Shown here one piece after another: positions 21,723 through 34,742 of a DNA stretch of 64,000 bases (the first letter of the stretch is position 1; the number at the start of each line of letters is the position of its first letter). Position numbers and translations under genes: made by a program. The DNA comes from Monocercomonoides exilis PA203 (taxonomy: Eukaryota; Protista; Preaxostyla). The notes under the pieces were generated by a model. It saw nothing but the letters and a program-made list of their open reading frames with translations. It made no database searches and was not told the origin of the DNA. The DNA is taken from the NCBI GenBank assembly GCA_001643675.2, contig LSRY02000032.1, positions 868,001 to 932,000 on the forward strand, in the 5' to 3' direction.

Positions 21723-23178
21723 TTACGGTTCATATTCCGAGGAATTATCTTTTGTTCCAGCTCCAAAAGGATCTGAATCCTCGCTTTCTGATTCAAAAAG
21801 TTCTTCTTTAGTATCTTCTTCATCTCTAATTCCCAAAATGTCATTTATATCAGGAATTTCTTCGTTTTCATCAACTTCATCACATCAATTTCCATTTCAA
21901 ATTCATCTTCAGATTGAAAATTGATAACTTTTTCCATAAATTCTCCGTAGGAAAGTAAACCTGATCTTTTCACAATGAATGTCGCAAGCACTTTAGGAAT
22001 AAATCGCTCTCTCACTCCATATCAAGAGAAAAAAATCGCAAATGTGCCCACATTCCTTCGATAGTGTTCTTATTGGCTTTCGCAACAGGATCAACGTAGT
22101 GACGTTTGTGGCAGTCGGTTTGGTGTGTGAAACAAATTTCTCCTAAGCAAGTGTAAGCTTTCCACTCGTCGCTTAAAAATGTTGTTCATTCTTTGATTCT
22201 GTTTTGAATTACTGGGATTAATGTCCCTTTTTTCCGATTAGGCACAATGAACACAAAATTTTTTCCAAATTGGGGCAAAATATTTCACTTCAGACATTTT
22301 CATAGAAAAATTATGCACTGAACTTTGACTTTTTGAAATCAAAAAACACAATGAAAAGGGATTTGTTTTTTGACATTCGTGAAATGAAACCACACTTTAT
22401 GTTTTGATTTCAACGATGTCTGTTTGCGGATGTGAAAATCAAATTTATTTTGAAATCTGAGAAAGCGAAACAAAGTTATGAGTAAAGCTATTTTTAAATG
22501 CCTTGTGCAAAAAAAGCTTGAAAGTCCATATTTCCCCCAATTCGACTTCACCTTTTTGTTCGACAGCTCCAAATATCCACATCAATTATTTCTGCTTTCC
22601 TAATTCGAAAAATAGTTTAATTCAAGGCAAATAAATTAATATTAATGATAACAAAATCAACATTCGATGTTAAAACCTTTTTTGTAGTTCAGTCTCCTAC
22701 ATGCGGCTTGATCAATTTCCACTATTTTTCCAGCATCTCCAATTTTTTCATTTCTGCAATTTAAGTAATTTAACGCAGTCAACCTTGCAACGCTTGTCCA
22801 GTATCCAACCGTCATTAGAGATACATTTAGCATTATGCAATTTTTCCAATCTTTGATTTCCAGCCAAAACATTGAAAGAATCATCACAGTTGAAATCGGT
22901 TATTTTGAAGATTCCGAAGTCATATTTTTGAAGCAGGAAACACTTTTCTTGCACTTTGGACACTTCAAGAATCTTTAATGTCCCCTTCCTTTACAGATAT
23001 ATTTGGCTTTTTTGCAGTGTTGGAAAACTGAAAATACCTTCGGTAAATAGTGTTGGATCCATTTCCAAGATGATTCTTCAGATGAAAGTGTCTCATACAG
23101 TGCATGACATTCCCTTTTGTATAATTTTTCCCAAGACATCTATTTTTTAATCGACAAAAATTTTGTGATCTAACCCAT
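21723..23178 (-). pseudogene. Merlin (IS1595/ISXO2-like) transposase pseudogene, interrupted by a 267-bp insertion
   Basis: Minus strand gives KCPKCKKSVS, IGDAGKIVEIDQAACRRLNYKKG, WIFGAVE, GTLIPVIQ, FLSDEWKAYTCL and HKRHYVDPVAKANKNTIEGMWAHLR, in Merlin motif order. Frameshifted. TIRs not identified. Confidence 0.8.
22272..22538. mobile_element. 267-bp non-autonomous TIR element with AATT target-site duplication
   Basis: Termini GGGGCAAAATAT...ATATTTCCCCC. AATT at 22268-22271 and 22539-22542. Removing the element plus one AATT restores the Merlin frame (...GEVEFGKNFVF...). Confidence 0.85.
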
Positions 23179-23215
23179 TTTTAATGTGGTTTTAAGAAGA
23201 AAAATATTTTTAATT

Positions 23216-23455
23216 GTCTAAATTTTTTTGTAAAGTTCCTTTTGTTTAATTTTCAAATAAGGAAAAAATTTCATGTTTCGATCAAATTTCTGTTCTCTCT
23301 CATGAAACTTCACAAAAATAGAAATAATAATATTGTCAAGATTTTGTTTTCATGACAGAGAAATTTGGTAAGTGGAAACAGAAATTAGATCGAAATACGA
23401 AATTTTTATTTTATTTGAAAATTAAACGAAAGGAACTTTTCAAAAAAATTTAGAT
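23216..23455. mobile_element. 240-bp palindromic MITE with AATT flanking duplication
   Basis: GTCTAAATTTTTTTGTAAAGTTCC...GGAACTTTTCAAAAAAATTTAGAT. AATT at 23212-23215 and 23456-23459. Confidence 0.85.
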
Positions 23456-23598
23456 AATTTTGTCTTGAGGATGCGAAGCAGACAAAGAACATAATAATCT
23501 TAAACCTAATAGGCAATAGATTGCTAAAATGATTGAAAGGTTCAAAAATATTTTGTATGCTTATACTATGCTTATGCCCTGTTTTTCGAAGTCCATTG

Positions 23599-25582
23599 TA
23601 GCCCTGGGTGACGTGGTGACTTCTGACGTAACTTATTCGATTTTTGACGGACGTGACAGATTTTCCCACGTCAAAAGGGAAAAAAAAATTCCATTATTCA
23701 ATTTTGACTGACGTGAAAGCGGTAATCGGATTTTTCATGCGTCATTGACTTCACTGACGTCAGTGAAGTCACTTCTCATCAATAATTCGAAAAAGCAAAA
23801 AATGAAGGAGAAGTGCAAAATGTGCAAGCCATATTTCTAAATTTCTAACATTTCATTTTTCAAAGAATAGCAACCATAACATTTCATTTTTATTTTTAAT
23901 TTACTCTAATTTTTATGAAAAAAGCTATATTAAAATCTTCAAAGGATTTGAAGAAAGCTCATTGAAAGTGTAGTACGTTTGAATTAGTTTGGAGAAGTTT
24001 GTTCGAAGTTTTTTTTAAAGAATTATTAATTGTTTTGTTTTCTCATTTTGCTTATTGCTTTATGTGAAATGACTGTCATAATTGGAAAAAAGCAAATCAC
24101 AATTACCACAAAAATCATCATTTTTTGTTATATGAATCATTCTTGGTTTTCAGCAACACTATAAAAAAAATCTTTTTGAAAAATGTCTAATCACAAGAAT
24201 CACTTTTGAATAAAGGAAAGGAAATTAGGATTTTTGATGATGAACAAAGCAGATCCAATTTCTTTATTTGAATGTATAGAAATAACAGTTTGGAAAAGAA
24301 TAAGACCTGTTGAGATATTAAATAAGAGATGCTTGAATATGATAAAAATCTTTTCAATGAAGATTGAAGAAACAATTCATTTGAAAAAGATGTCTGAATG
24401 ATTCAAGAATTAAATGAGAAAGTCATTTCAGCAAATTATTCATTTTCACTTTGTTTTGCTATTTCAGTTTCATTTCGTTTTAATGATATCATTAAAAACA
24501 AATACAATTAAAAAGTGCAAAATGAATGCTTTCAATTTTGTAAAATGATTAAAAATTGTTAGAGTTTCAAAATGAAAAATTATTCCATTTCTGAACAGGC
24601 TCAAAAATTATGAAAAAATATAAAACGATCAATCGTCATCTTCTATTTTTTTTTCTGAAAATAATTAAGAATTTTATTGAGAATAAAAAATTGCACCTTC
24701 ATATTCTTCTTTCATCTTTTCAGGCAATTCTTTTCTTCTTTGCCTCTTTCTTCGCGTCTTCCATTTGATCTTTCTCTTCTCTTCCCGGTCTTTCTCTCTC
24801 ATCCAATTCACACTTTTTGCAAGCTCTTCAAGCTCTTCTGCAACCTCTTTCGCAAAATAAATCTCGATCACAAAAATTTCTTCAAAATTTTCATCGCTGA
24901 ATGATCGATTTATCAAAAACTCCAAAGCCGATTGTTTTTCTATACAGGTCAGGTTGTGATGTTTGCAATAATGTTTGATTTTCTCTTCGAAATCATTCGG
25001 ATTCAGAATTATTTCAAGTTCCTAATTTAAAAATAAGAAAAAGATCAATAATATCAAAAAAGAAACATCAACGCTCAAACGTGAAATGCATTCACGTTGC
25101 TCAATGCCAATAAAGCTATTTCCACCTCTTTTTGTGTTTCTTTGCTCTTCCACATTGCAAATTTCAAGCTATTAAAAAAACTCAAAATAAAAACAAAGTT
25201 TTAATCGCAACAATCAAAAATTCAATTACAACAACAATTGCACACTTTCATTTTTTTCGGTAATGCTTTTTTAAATTATTTTTTGAGACACATTGCGTCC
25301 ACAAAGCAAACTGTTTTTCATATTACGCGAAAACAAAGCAAAATCTTGCAAAGAAGAAATCGATGATTAAAAATATGATAAACAGCTCAGAAAAATATAA
25401 GAACTCATTTCATTCTCCTATGCATCTGTACAAGTATCACAAAACACAATAGCGCAGTTGGTTTTATTATCTATTTATGCAATAATGGTATTTTTGATTT
25501 CAAAAATTACTGCAAAGAAAATGTTTATATTTTAATGTTTCACATTCATTTTGATATTATTATATTTTATTGAAACAAAAAG

Positions 25583-25617
<35 letters not shown>

Positions 25618-25671
25618 TGGAAAATTGGTGACGGACGTGACGAATTTTTTTCTTCACGTCACCCAGGGCTA
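23599..25671. mobile_element. Non-autonomous hAT-type element (2073 bp) carrying a host-gene segment
   Basis: Perfect 17-bp TIR TAGCCCTGGGTGACGTG / CACGTCACCCAGGGCTA. Perfect 8-bp TSD GTCCATTG (23591-23598 and 25672-25679). Multiple subterminal TGACG motifs at both ends. No transposase ORF. Confidence 0.92.
24674..25170 (-). pseudogene. Captured segment of a helical (ARM-like) lineage-expanded gene family, with an intron retained
   Basis: KETQKEVEIALLALSNVNAFH, then intron 25080-25022 (GTTTGA...TTAG), then in frame ELEIIL...HHNLT...QSALEFLINR...FAKEVAEELEELAKSVNW. Family assignment is from memory of Monocercomonoides hypothetical proteins. Confidence 0.6.
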
Positions 25672-26399
25672 GTCCATTGGTTTTTGAAATAGAAAAAATA
25701 GCTGGCACAATCTTTTTGAAAAGTCGGAAAACTTTAATTTCGGACCCACAAAAGATCACAAATACGAAAACTCAATTTTTTGGCAATTTTTGTCTCTTAT
25801 CATACACAACATTTTCATAACATTATTCTCAAATGATTTATAGCGTTCAAACAAATCACAAGCATTTTCAATATTTTATTTTTATAATGTTTCAGTGATC
25901 AATATGAACAATTATCTTAAAAAGATTGATTATAGAACATAAGCACTTCATAAACATTGAGAATGTTTTTAGAAATTAATTTATCTTAAAGTTGAATGGA
26001 TTAACATCTCGTTTAAATTCTTTGCAATCAGCCAAATTTAAAAGTTTGACAAAGCGATGAATGTTGTTTATTTCACAAACAAATCACGAAAAATTTAAAT
26101 TGAATAATGAAACATTTCTTTGTTGTTTTCAATTCATTTTTGGCTTTATTTGTTATGAAATAAATATGCATTGTTATTATTAAGCGAAAACTGTGATTTG
26201 ATGAATTTAATATGAAATAACGAAATAAAAAAGGAAAGAAAAATAAGAATTATAAATTTGGAAATACCTGTGGAATATTTCTATACTCAAACAATTGCAC
26301 CAATCATGGAAATTGCTTTTCTAATTGTGTGTAAATTTGTGTTCATTGTTTTATTGGAACCTCCAATCTTCATAAAAATTTTAATAAACAAATTATCGA

Positions 26400-29300
26400 A
26401 AAATTTTCATTTTCATCTTCTTCTTCCTATTCCACTTTCTTTTCCTCTTCACCTTCCTATACACTTTCTGCAGACGAACCCACTGATGATACCAAACCAG
26501 TGAATATAAGCGTTTCCGAAATATTCCTTAATAAACACGATCTTGATAACGATGATCCTGCAAAAAATGATGATGGGGAAGTGCTAGTGAGGGAAAGCCT
26601 CAAATGCTCACTCAATTTGCTGTACAAATTGTTCTTTTCCTCTCTTTTTCTTTTTCTTTTTCTTTTTCTTTCTCTTTCTTTCACTGCACCTTCGCTGCCC
26701 TCCACTTCACCACCGATGGTTGCCTCAATTTCTCCACCTTGCCATTCTCATCTTTCAATCCTCTAACTTCAACCTCTCTTCTTCTTTTGCTTCGCCTTCG
26801 CCTTCGCCTTCTCCTTCTCTTTTTCATTCATCATCTTCTACCTCTTCTTCATTGTCAGCTTCTTCTGATAATTCATCTATCTTGTCTGTATGCATTTGCG
26901 ACAAATCCCATTCACACAAGGGACTTTCCAACAGGCAAAACGGTAGAATGCTTTTCTCTTCTTTTGCAGTGAAAAATTGGAATCTTCATCCATTAGGCTT
27001 CTTGTCTGCGATAAATCATCACATATCAACAATCGTTGGTATCATCTTCAGCACAAAACAGCAATCCAGTAGTTCAGATAGCCAACATTGACAGCCGCTC
27101 AGGTTCTCAAGGTCTGACACTGCGAACTGTTGCATATGACTCCACAGTCCATATACATATTGACTCTTCCACTTTTAGCAACTGGAAAGAGCAACAGCAT
27201 CCACAGTCGCTCCAAACTTCACAAGACAACGGTGTGTCTTTTGCGATCCAGGAGCAGAATGAATCATTTCATTCTGAACTTTCTTTCCAAAATCGGATGG
27301 AGTGTGAACAGCAGTCTGCTCTTCCTCTGCTATCATCTCCACTGTGAAACGAGTTGTGAAATGAATTGGGGAAAGAATACTTTTGTGGAAGTGGAAGCGT
27401 ATGTGGTGTTGGTGGCGACGAAGATCAAAGAGATGAAGCAGGCATTGTTGGCTTTTTGAACACCGACTCTCTTTCATTTATCAACATGGTATCGCAGAAT
27501 CAGCAGGCACAGCCAGAACGGGGAGAGTGCTTGTGGAGGAAGGGAAAGCAGCAATTGGAAGATGAGGAGAAGTGAAACCAAAGAGACTTCAGTGAGGCAG
27601 AGAGAAGTGATTGCATGGCTGGTTGAGATGATGGTTTGCGTTTGTTTGGTGAGGGAAAGAGTCAGATGATTTTGGGAGTGTTGAAAAAGAAGAAAAAGAA
27701 GAAGAAGAAGAAGAAATAGAAGGCTGAGCAATAAAATGCCCTTGATATGCAGAGGGATCAACAAGCGCGTTTGATTAGCAATCACCTTGTTTGTGCTGAT
27801 AAGTGTTCTCATGTACCTCAAACTGTGTAAATACAACAAGAGAATCGGAAAGAGGAGTGAAAGAAAGCTGAGGCTGTATCACAATGTCACTAACTGCAAC
27901 GCCAGCTCCACCTCCAGAAGAAGCAGCAGCAATATCCACATCTTCCTTTGCTTCTTCGCTGATTTGCAGGATTTCTGGCTTTTCGGCAGGGTGTGTGCTT
28001 TTATAGTCATTCCCATTGTAATCTTCTCTGTAAGATTTAATGGATTTGTGGGTATTGGAGGGTGTGACATTTGATAGACTACGCAATGGATTCTGCACAA
28101 CCACAAAACGAGGAGGATTGAGTGGGGGAAATGTGGAGTTTGCATCTGAAAGAGGTTCTATAAAAGAAGAAGAAGAAGAGGAAGAGGAAGAAACAGAAGC
28201 AGAAAAGGCAGACAATGCAAACGGATGTTCCGAAGTCGAATGAATCAAGCGAATCGAATCAGAGCCAGGTACTTTCGAGCCACTTACTAATGCTGCAGTG
28301 CAAAATGCTCGTTTTCTTCATCGTTCACTCTCTGTTTCCTGTGCTTCTTTGGGGTTCTCTGCCTTGCTGCTACACTTTGCTCTTCTTCTTCTGCCTCTTA
28401 TCCAGCTTCATTACCCAAGTTGAGGATTATCTCGCTATCATACAGAATTCCTATCTCACTCACTTCTCTCCCTATAAACACCAGCCCCGCTTTCTTCAAC
28501 AGTCTCATTTGCTCATACTGCAGCTCCTCCTTATCTCTTTCTTCTCTCCCTTCGCTCCTCTCTCTTACCACTGTTCCTCCTCTTCCTCCTCCTCCGCTTC
28601 CATCTCCTCCTCCTTTGCTGATTCCTCTATCACTCCCTCCTTCCCTTCCTCTGCTTCTTCTTCCCTCTCTTCCTCCTCCTCCTCCTCTGTTTCCAAATTC
28701 GCACCATGGAGACAACCACTCGCTTTCAGGAAACACTTCATCATCCTTCTTCATCTGCTTCATCATTATCTTCCTCCTTATCTATCTCTTCTCCTTCTCC
28801 CTCTGGTTTTGCATCAGGTTTCTCTCGCTCATCATCGTCGTGAATCCGCCGTCTGCACAAACCTCCAGAATGACCTCTTTTTTCCTCCTCCTCTTCTTCC
28901 TATCCTTCTCTGACGCTTCTGCATCTGCCTTTGTCTCTACATTGTCTTTCTTGTCGATCCAATTATCAACATCATACAAACAGAACACTCCTCTCTCGTC
29001 ATCTGCTTCCCCATCGAACTCTTCAACTTCTTATTCCTCATTTACCTCGTCTTCTTCGTTGTATCTATCACAGGAGCCGGTCTGTTCCTCCACTCTTAGC
29101 TTCATCAGCCTAAGAGACTCAATGCTTCCATTCAACAAACATTTTTCTGCTTTTGCAGCTTCATCAGCTCGTGAAAGCACCGCGACCTTCGTCTTTCTAA
29201 CTCTTTGACTCTGGACGAAAAAGAGGAGAAGGTGAGTGGAGGTGACATCGGGGTAGAGGACGATGCAGGGGTGGGAATAAGGAGATGGACCGAAGTGTGT

Positions 29301-30250
29301 AGAGGAGTGGGGAGAAGAGAAGCGAAAGGAGCAAGATGATGTGAAAACTTTTTGTGGAAGCCGGCGTTTGTATGTTTTGGAGACAGAACCTGGAAGGGTG
29401 AGTTAGAAGGGGTAACATTTGGAGATTTGGAGTGAAATGGATAGGATGATTGTGATGGTGGTGATGATGAGGTGGAGAAGAAGAAGAAGAAGAAGAAGAA
29501 GAAGAAGAAAGAGAATAAGAATTATTTGCTGATAAAATAGAAGAAGTTAAAAGAGAAGAAGATGAAGAAGATATCATAGATAAGAATGAAGCAGTAGGAG
29601 AAGAAATATGACTGGAGAAGGAAGAAGAAGAAAAATAGGAGGAAGATGAAGAAGAAGAAAGCAAATGAAACTTCCTCGTCACCTTTTTTGACATTCTTCA
29701 ATGTTTCCACAGACACTGCAATGATATATTCATTCAAATGCCAGACACAACATGTAGTTAACCAGTAACCTCCAATATTCCACTCACGCAATTAAAAACA
29801 TTTCATTACTCATTCCACTTCCTTCAGAGCGATAGCAGCACCTTCTTCAAAGCAAAGCCTGGGTAAGCCTGAAGAATATCCAACGGAGTATTTTTTTTCT
29901 CCTCTGAATGATGGCGGAGAAAAGCTGTTTGAGCTTTTCGCATTTGAAGATGATGAGAATGTGCAGTGTTGTTTGAAATTCAACGAAGGAGCGAAAGGTT
30001 GCTGTAGGAAAAGAATTCCAAGGAATTCTAGCTGATCACAGCGAGAGATAAGCATACCAAAGCCGGGCTGAAAAAAAGACGGAGTCGAACAATCTGTTGC
30101 CAATGCCGGAGATCACGCAAAACTTCATCAGATCGATAATATTTTATACACAGTTGCGGGTAAACTTTTTCATTTTCTGTTTCTCGGGACATTCCACTTT
30201 TCCATATCCGAATAGATTGCTATCTTCTATTTATTATGTGTTTCAAAAAG
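26400..30250. pseudogene. Decayed low-complexity coding sequence, probably two or more pseudogenes (plus strand ~26.4-27.6 kb, minus strand ~27.8-30.2 kb)
   Basis: Coding-like GC content and codon texture with Ser/Glu runs, broken into many short overlapping ORFs by stops and frameshifts. No domain recognised. Confidence 0.4.
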
Positions 30251-32349
30251 AAACATTTACAACGAGTCTTTCAGTTCAGAATTAAACCTTCTTTTATGCA
30301 TCCAATCTTTAAAACTGTTTTTTTGTCAATCGAGTTGAAACATATGCTACGAATATGTAATGACCATAAACGATTAAATGCTGCTTTTTGAAAAAAAAAA
30401 CTGCAAAAAGCAAATGCAACAAACATATCTGAACTTGAATCAAAGGATTGATTTTGGCAAATATGAAAAATGTTTGTTGGTTATATTTTTGCAACAAAAA
30501 TAATTAAATAAGTGTTCACTGCGGCAGAAAACATTCAAACAGGAACATAATGCATTTTTCAATATATGTAATTTGAATGTCCATAAGAAATTAACAAAAT
30601 AAACCATTGTTGCCTTGTGGATTGATGAAAGCAGGAAAAATTAAAAAAAAAACCTCCTTTCATATTTTTAATAAAAAATTCTATTCTGGTTTATCAAAAA
30701 AAACAAAAGGTGAGAATAGTGTCAATTTCGTTGTTTGTACTGCAATGAAGCGTTGTAGTAATATGACATATTATTTATTATTTGAATGAAAGCAATTGCC
30801 GGACGATCTTTGATTTTTCAAAAAGAATTTCTGACCTGTATATTTTATTCTATATTCATGATGCCCATGTTGAGAATCATTCTTAGCCATAGTTTGTTTT
30901 TGGAAATTTGACAACTCTGAAAAAAGTTTTCAAAAGTATTGTTATTTATCCAAGATCAATAGATATTTATTTCTGTAGGGATTAGACGAATTGGAAATAA
31001 CTAGATTATCTAATAATAATGTGGCATTCATGTGCAAATTTGATTATCCATGAACGAATTTCAAAAATGATTAGTTTTGATAAACTTTTTCCTATCCGCA
31101 GAGAAATTGATAGTTTAAAGGAAATAATAACATATATTTCAAGTCATTTTCTCTTTATTTGAATGAAATGCTTTGACGTATCTTGGTTTGTTGCTGCAAC
31201 TACGTGTTTCACTGTCATAATTCTTTATTTGAATTTTTTGTCTTCTTTTTGTGAAAATTGTCGAATTTTTTCTGAATGAAACTTCTGAAGAAATCATATT
31301 GGAAAAAAAACCGTGGAGCATCTCATCATGCTTTTACTTGCCGAAAAATTTATCTTTCAAATTAAATCCAAACCTAATTTTTTTTTAAAATGTTTGTGAT
31401 TTCAACGTGTTCTTTAATTGCACCCCAACAAATAATTATGAATCCATTATTTTCATCTTCCTTCCTTTCTTCTTCTCAGGGAAAGCTAAGATTTCAAAGG
31501 AAGAGCAATTAAACTCTGTGTCTTCTGATCGTTTTCTTTCATAAAAGCGTCTGAGAAACCCTAAACAGGCTGCAAAATCGGTAGTGAAGATAAGTGGAGA
31601 AACGTCAATTATAGAGCAGTGGAGATTGAAATCTAACGTAGGAGAAGTTGTTGTTGCAAAGGGCGACAATTCTCCCGTGTATGGAGAAAGAGGCAGAAAT
31701 GAAGGAGGAATTGAAAGGAGCAAAGGTAGATGAGGTGGTGGAAGAGGGGGATTTTAGAAGTAGAAGTGAAATTAGAAGAAATGAAAGAGGTGGAGGAGAA
31801 GGAAGAAGATTTGGTTCTGGAAACGGGCGCAGAGGATGCAAATCGAGAAGAGGATATAGCAGAAAAAGTGGGAAGGAAGAAATGCAGATTGGGATGGAGG
31901 AAAATGAAATAAGACATAAATTACCTGTTGGAAAATGATACTTTTTTTTATTGATTCAGCTCTAAATCAACTTTATCATTCATATCTTGGGTTAATTATT
32001 TTTTTCCACAAACAAAATTTAAACACTTCTTTAAAAAATTAGCGAAAATAACAATAGCTTGCTTATTAAGAACACTGAATACAAGCGAATTTGAAATTTG
32101 AATTTTCAAATATTAAAGTGCCGTTCAAAAAATTAGTACATTCTTTATTGATTAAAAGAATAAGCAAAGAGATGAAAACATACAAAAACTAAAAAATCTA
32201 TGTCTGACACAAGAAGAAATGTGATGAATTTCAAAACAAAACTTTGTCAGGAGAAATTCACTCAAAATAATAAATGAAAATATTGAGGTTGATTTAAACA
32301 AAAATGCTTTTTCAGCAGAAAAAATTATCACCTTCATTTTATTCACTCT

Positions 32350-33115
32350 TCAATCTCTGAACTTCCCAACGAGTTCCGTAGCATTCGCAATTGTGCTTTG
32401 CTTGTCATCTAATGCGGTGTCCTTCAGGTCAAATGCATTAGTTATCTTCACCAACGCTTCCCTTCCCCCAAACTCTCGCCGCAGCTTTCTCAACTTCGTC
32501 CGCTCTCCTGCCGCTCCCGATAGGCTCGCCCGAACACCATTCTCGTACGAGTTCCCCCTTAAGCTTCTCAGGTCAGGCCTTTCTCCATTCACAATCTTCT
32601 GCCCTGCCACCTCAGCCTCGTATTCCCCAAATGGGATCTGCAGCGTCGGGCACTCTCACGCCATCATCCCGATAGAAAACTCCACCGTCTTCTTTGTCGC
32701 GTGCCCCTTTGCACCTTTCAGCAGCTCTGACGCCTTCTACCGTATGCACTTCTTCCAGAGATCACCTTCGTGCTCGGACGTTGTGAAAGAGGAGGTAATT
32801 TTGTGAATATTAATTCTTCACAGAAACATCAGAGGAAGATGTGACCATGGTGGAGGCTGAAAAGATGGAGGAAGTGTCTGAATCATTTGACGCGCAGTCT
32901 AAGTAGAGCGCAATTCAGATTACCATGTACTCAGAGAATAGCGCAATCAGCGGACAGAGAGAGGTTTGATTGGAGTTTGCCTTTCATTTCGCAAAAGCAG
33001 TGAAGCACGAGATTGCCCAACGAGAACATGAGATGTGCAACTGTTTGTTCTCTTTCTTTTTTTGATCCAACATCCATATCTTTCTTCTGGTTCTTTCCAT
33101 AAAGCAGTTTTAACA
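32350..33115 (-). pseudogene. Fragment of the receptor-pseudokinase family (intracellular C-terminal part only)
   Basis: LLYGKNQKKDMDVGS..EREQ, IALFSEYMVI, SDTSSIFSASTMVTSSSD and TLQIPFGEYEAEVAGQKIVNGERPDL align to the C-termini of copies A and B. Internal stops and deletions. Confidence 0.85.
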
Positions 33116-33599
33116 GCTTAAATATTTGATCAAAAAAATTGTCATAAGCTAATAATTTAATTTATCGCGACAAATGATAATTCAAAAAATACAAAAGAAA
33201 TATTAATTTGTTATTTTCATTAGTCAAAAAATGATTAAAAAAAATAAAACAACAAAAAAGAATAACGACAAATAATAGAACACACACGATAAATGCAATT
33301 TAAATGCAAATGATTACTCTTTTTTTTGATTCACGCTTCATTTTCAATTAAGAAAATTAAAATTCTTATAGTTGTTATAATTTTCGAATAATGAATAATC
33401 ATCATCACCAAAGATGTGGTTTGAAAAGACGTTTGGAATACAAACCATGAAAATAACGAATTCTTCTCGTGTCAATGTAAATATGAATAGTTAATGAAAA
33501 AGCAATTTCCCTTTAATATTTATCTTGAAAAAAGCTATTTTGGTTTGTGGAAAATTTCAAAAATTGAGAAATGTATTTTGCTTGTGATAAATATATAAA

Positions 33600-34440
33600 T
33601 GGTGCATAATCGTTTTTGGATAAATTATTATATATTTGAAAAGAAACTATAACGGGAAGATCTCCGATTTTTCAAAAAGATTATGCCAGCTGATAATTTT
33701 TCTGATGCTTGTTGTCTCACAAATTTCCATATTCTTCATAGCCCTCTCACAGAAATAGATTCAGAAGCAAATACGAGATTTTTGGAAGAAATGACAGAAA
33801 AATATTTGGAAAGAAAAGAAGTTAAAAAGACAGCAAATGCAAGACATTTAACGAAAATGAAGAATGGGCTTAATCCTGGAAAAACGTTGACTTCCACAAT
33901 ATCTTCCTTTTTGGAAGAAATAGGAGGTTAATCTTCACTTTTTTGACTATTATTTTTTATTTGAACTTGTTTATTATTCTTTTTTATATTTTTCAGTTCA
34001 CCAGATTTTCTATTTCAGATATATCTGATACTGATCAAGGAACAATCAAAGCTGCAATTTCCAAAGAAAGAAGAGAGAAAGCGAATTTTGAAGTTCTGGA
34101 AAAAAGAAATGAAAAAAGAATTCAAGCCCTTAGCAAAGAAATAAACAATGATAGTGATGATAAAATTATTATTATCGAAAATTCTCAAGCATTTCATCTA
34201 TTTTTTAAGAAGGAAGCGACAAATTCATTTCCATCTTTAATAACTCAACCATTCCCATCACCATCTGCGTCATTTTCATCGCCTGTGATACCATCTCAAA
34301 CGATGCAAGCACTAAATCAAAATCAACAAACATCATCAAATTCTTCAATTACAGTATCACTGCATTTAACATCAACATCAACATCAAGATCAAATCTCCA
34401 AATATCATCGGTATTTTTTACCTCTTCTCCAAAAAAATAA
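33600..34440 (+). pseudogene. C-terminal remnant of the Harbinger/ISL2EU-like transposase family
   Basis: CCLTNFHILHSPL...AN...KEVKKTAN parallels LANFHI*HNPL...AN...KEAKKKAN in the 37.6-37.8 kb minus-strand copy. Confidence 0.5.
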
Positions 34441-34742
34441 TTGTTGAAAACATTCATTTGAAATCATTCCGAAATGAATTTTTTAAGCGAGAACGAGTCA
34501 AACACAGATACTCATTTCGTTATTCCATTTAAAGGGTTTTCACTCTTGAAAAAAAATTTTTTTCGTTTTTTAATAATTTTTTGGGAATATTCAAATATAA
34601 TCATAAAATGGTATGTATTTTTCATTTTATATTTCATTTTTTTATGAAAAACTCTTTTTGAATAATCAAAAACGTAAAAAATTTAAAAAAATGAATTGCA
34701 AAACTATTATTCCGAGAAAATAACTATAATAAATAAATATAT

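Noticed and set aside
25450-25465. tRNA (TAGCGCAGTTGGTT A-box-like)
   Set aside because: No acceptor stem, anticodon arm or TTC-containing T arm follows.
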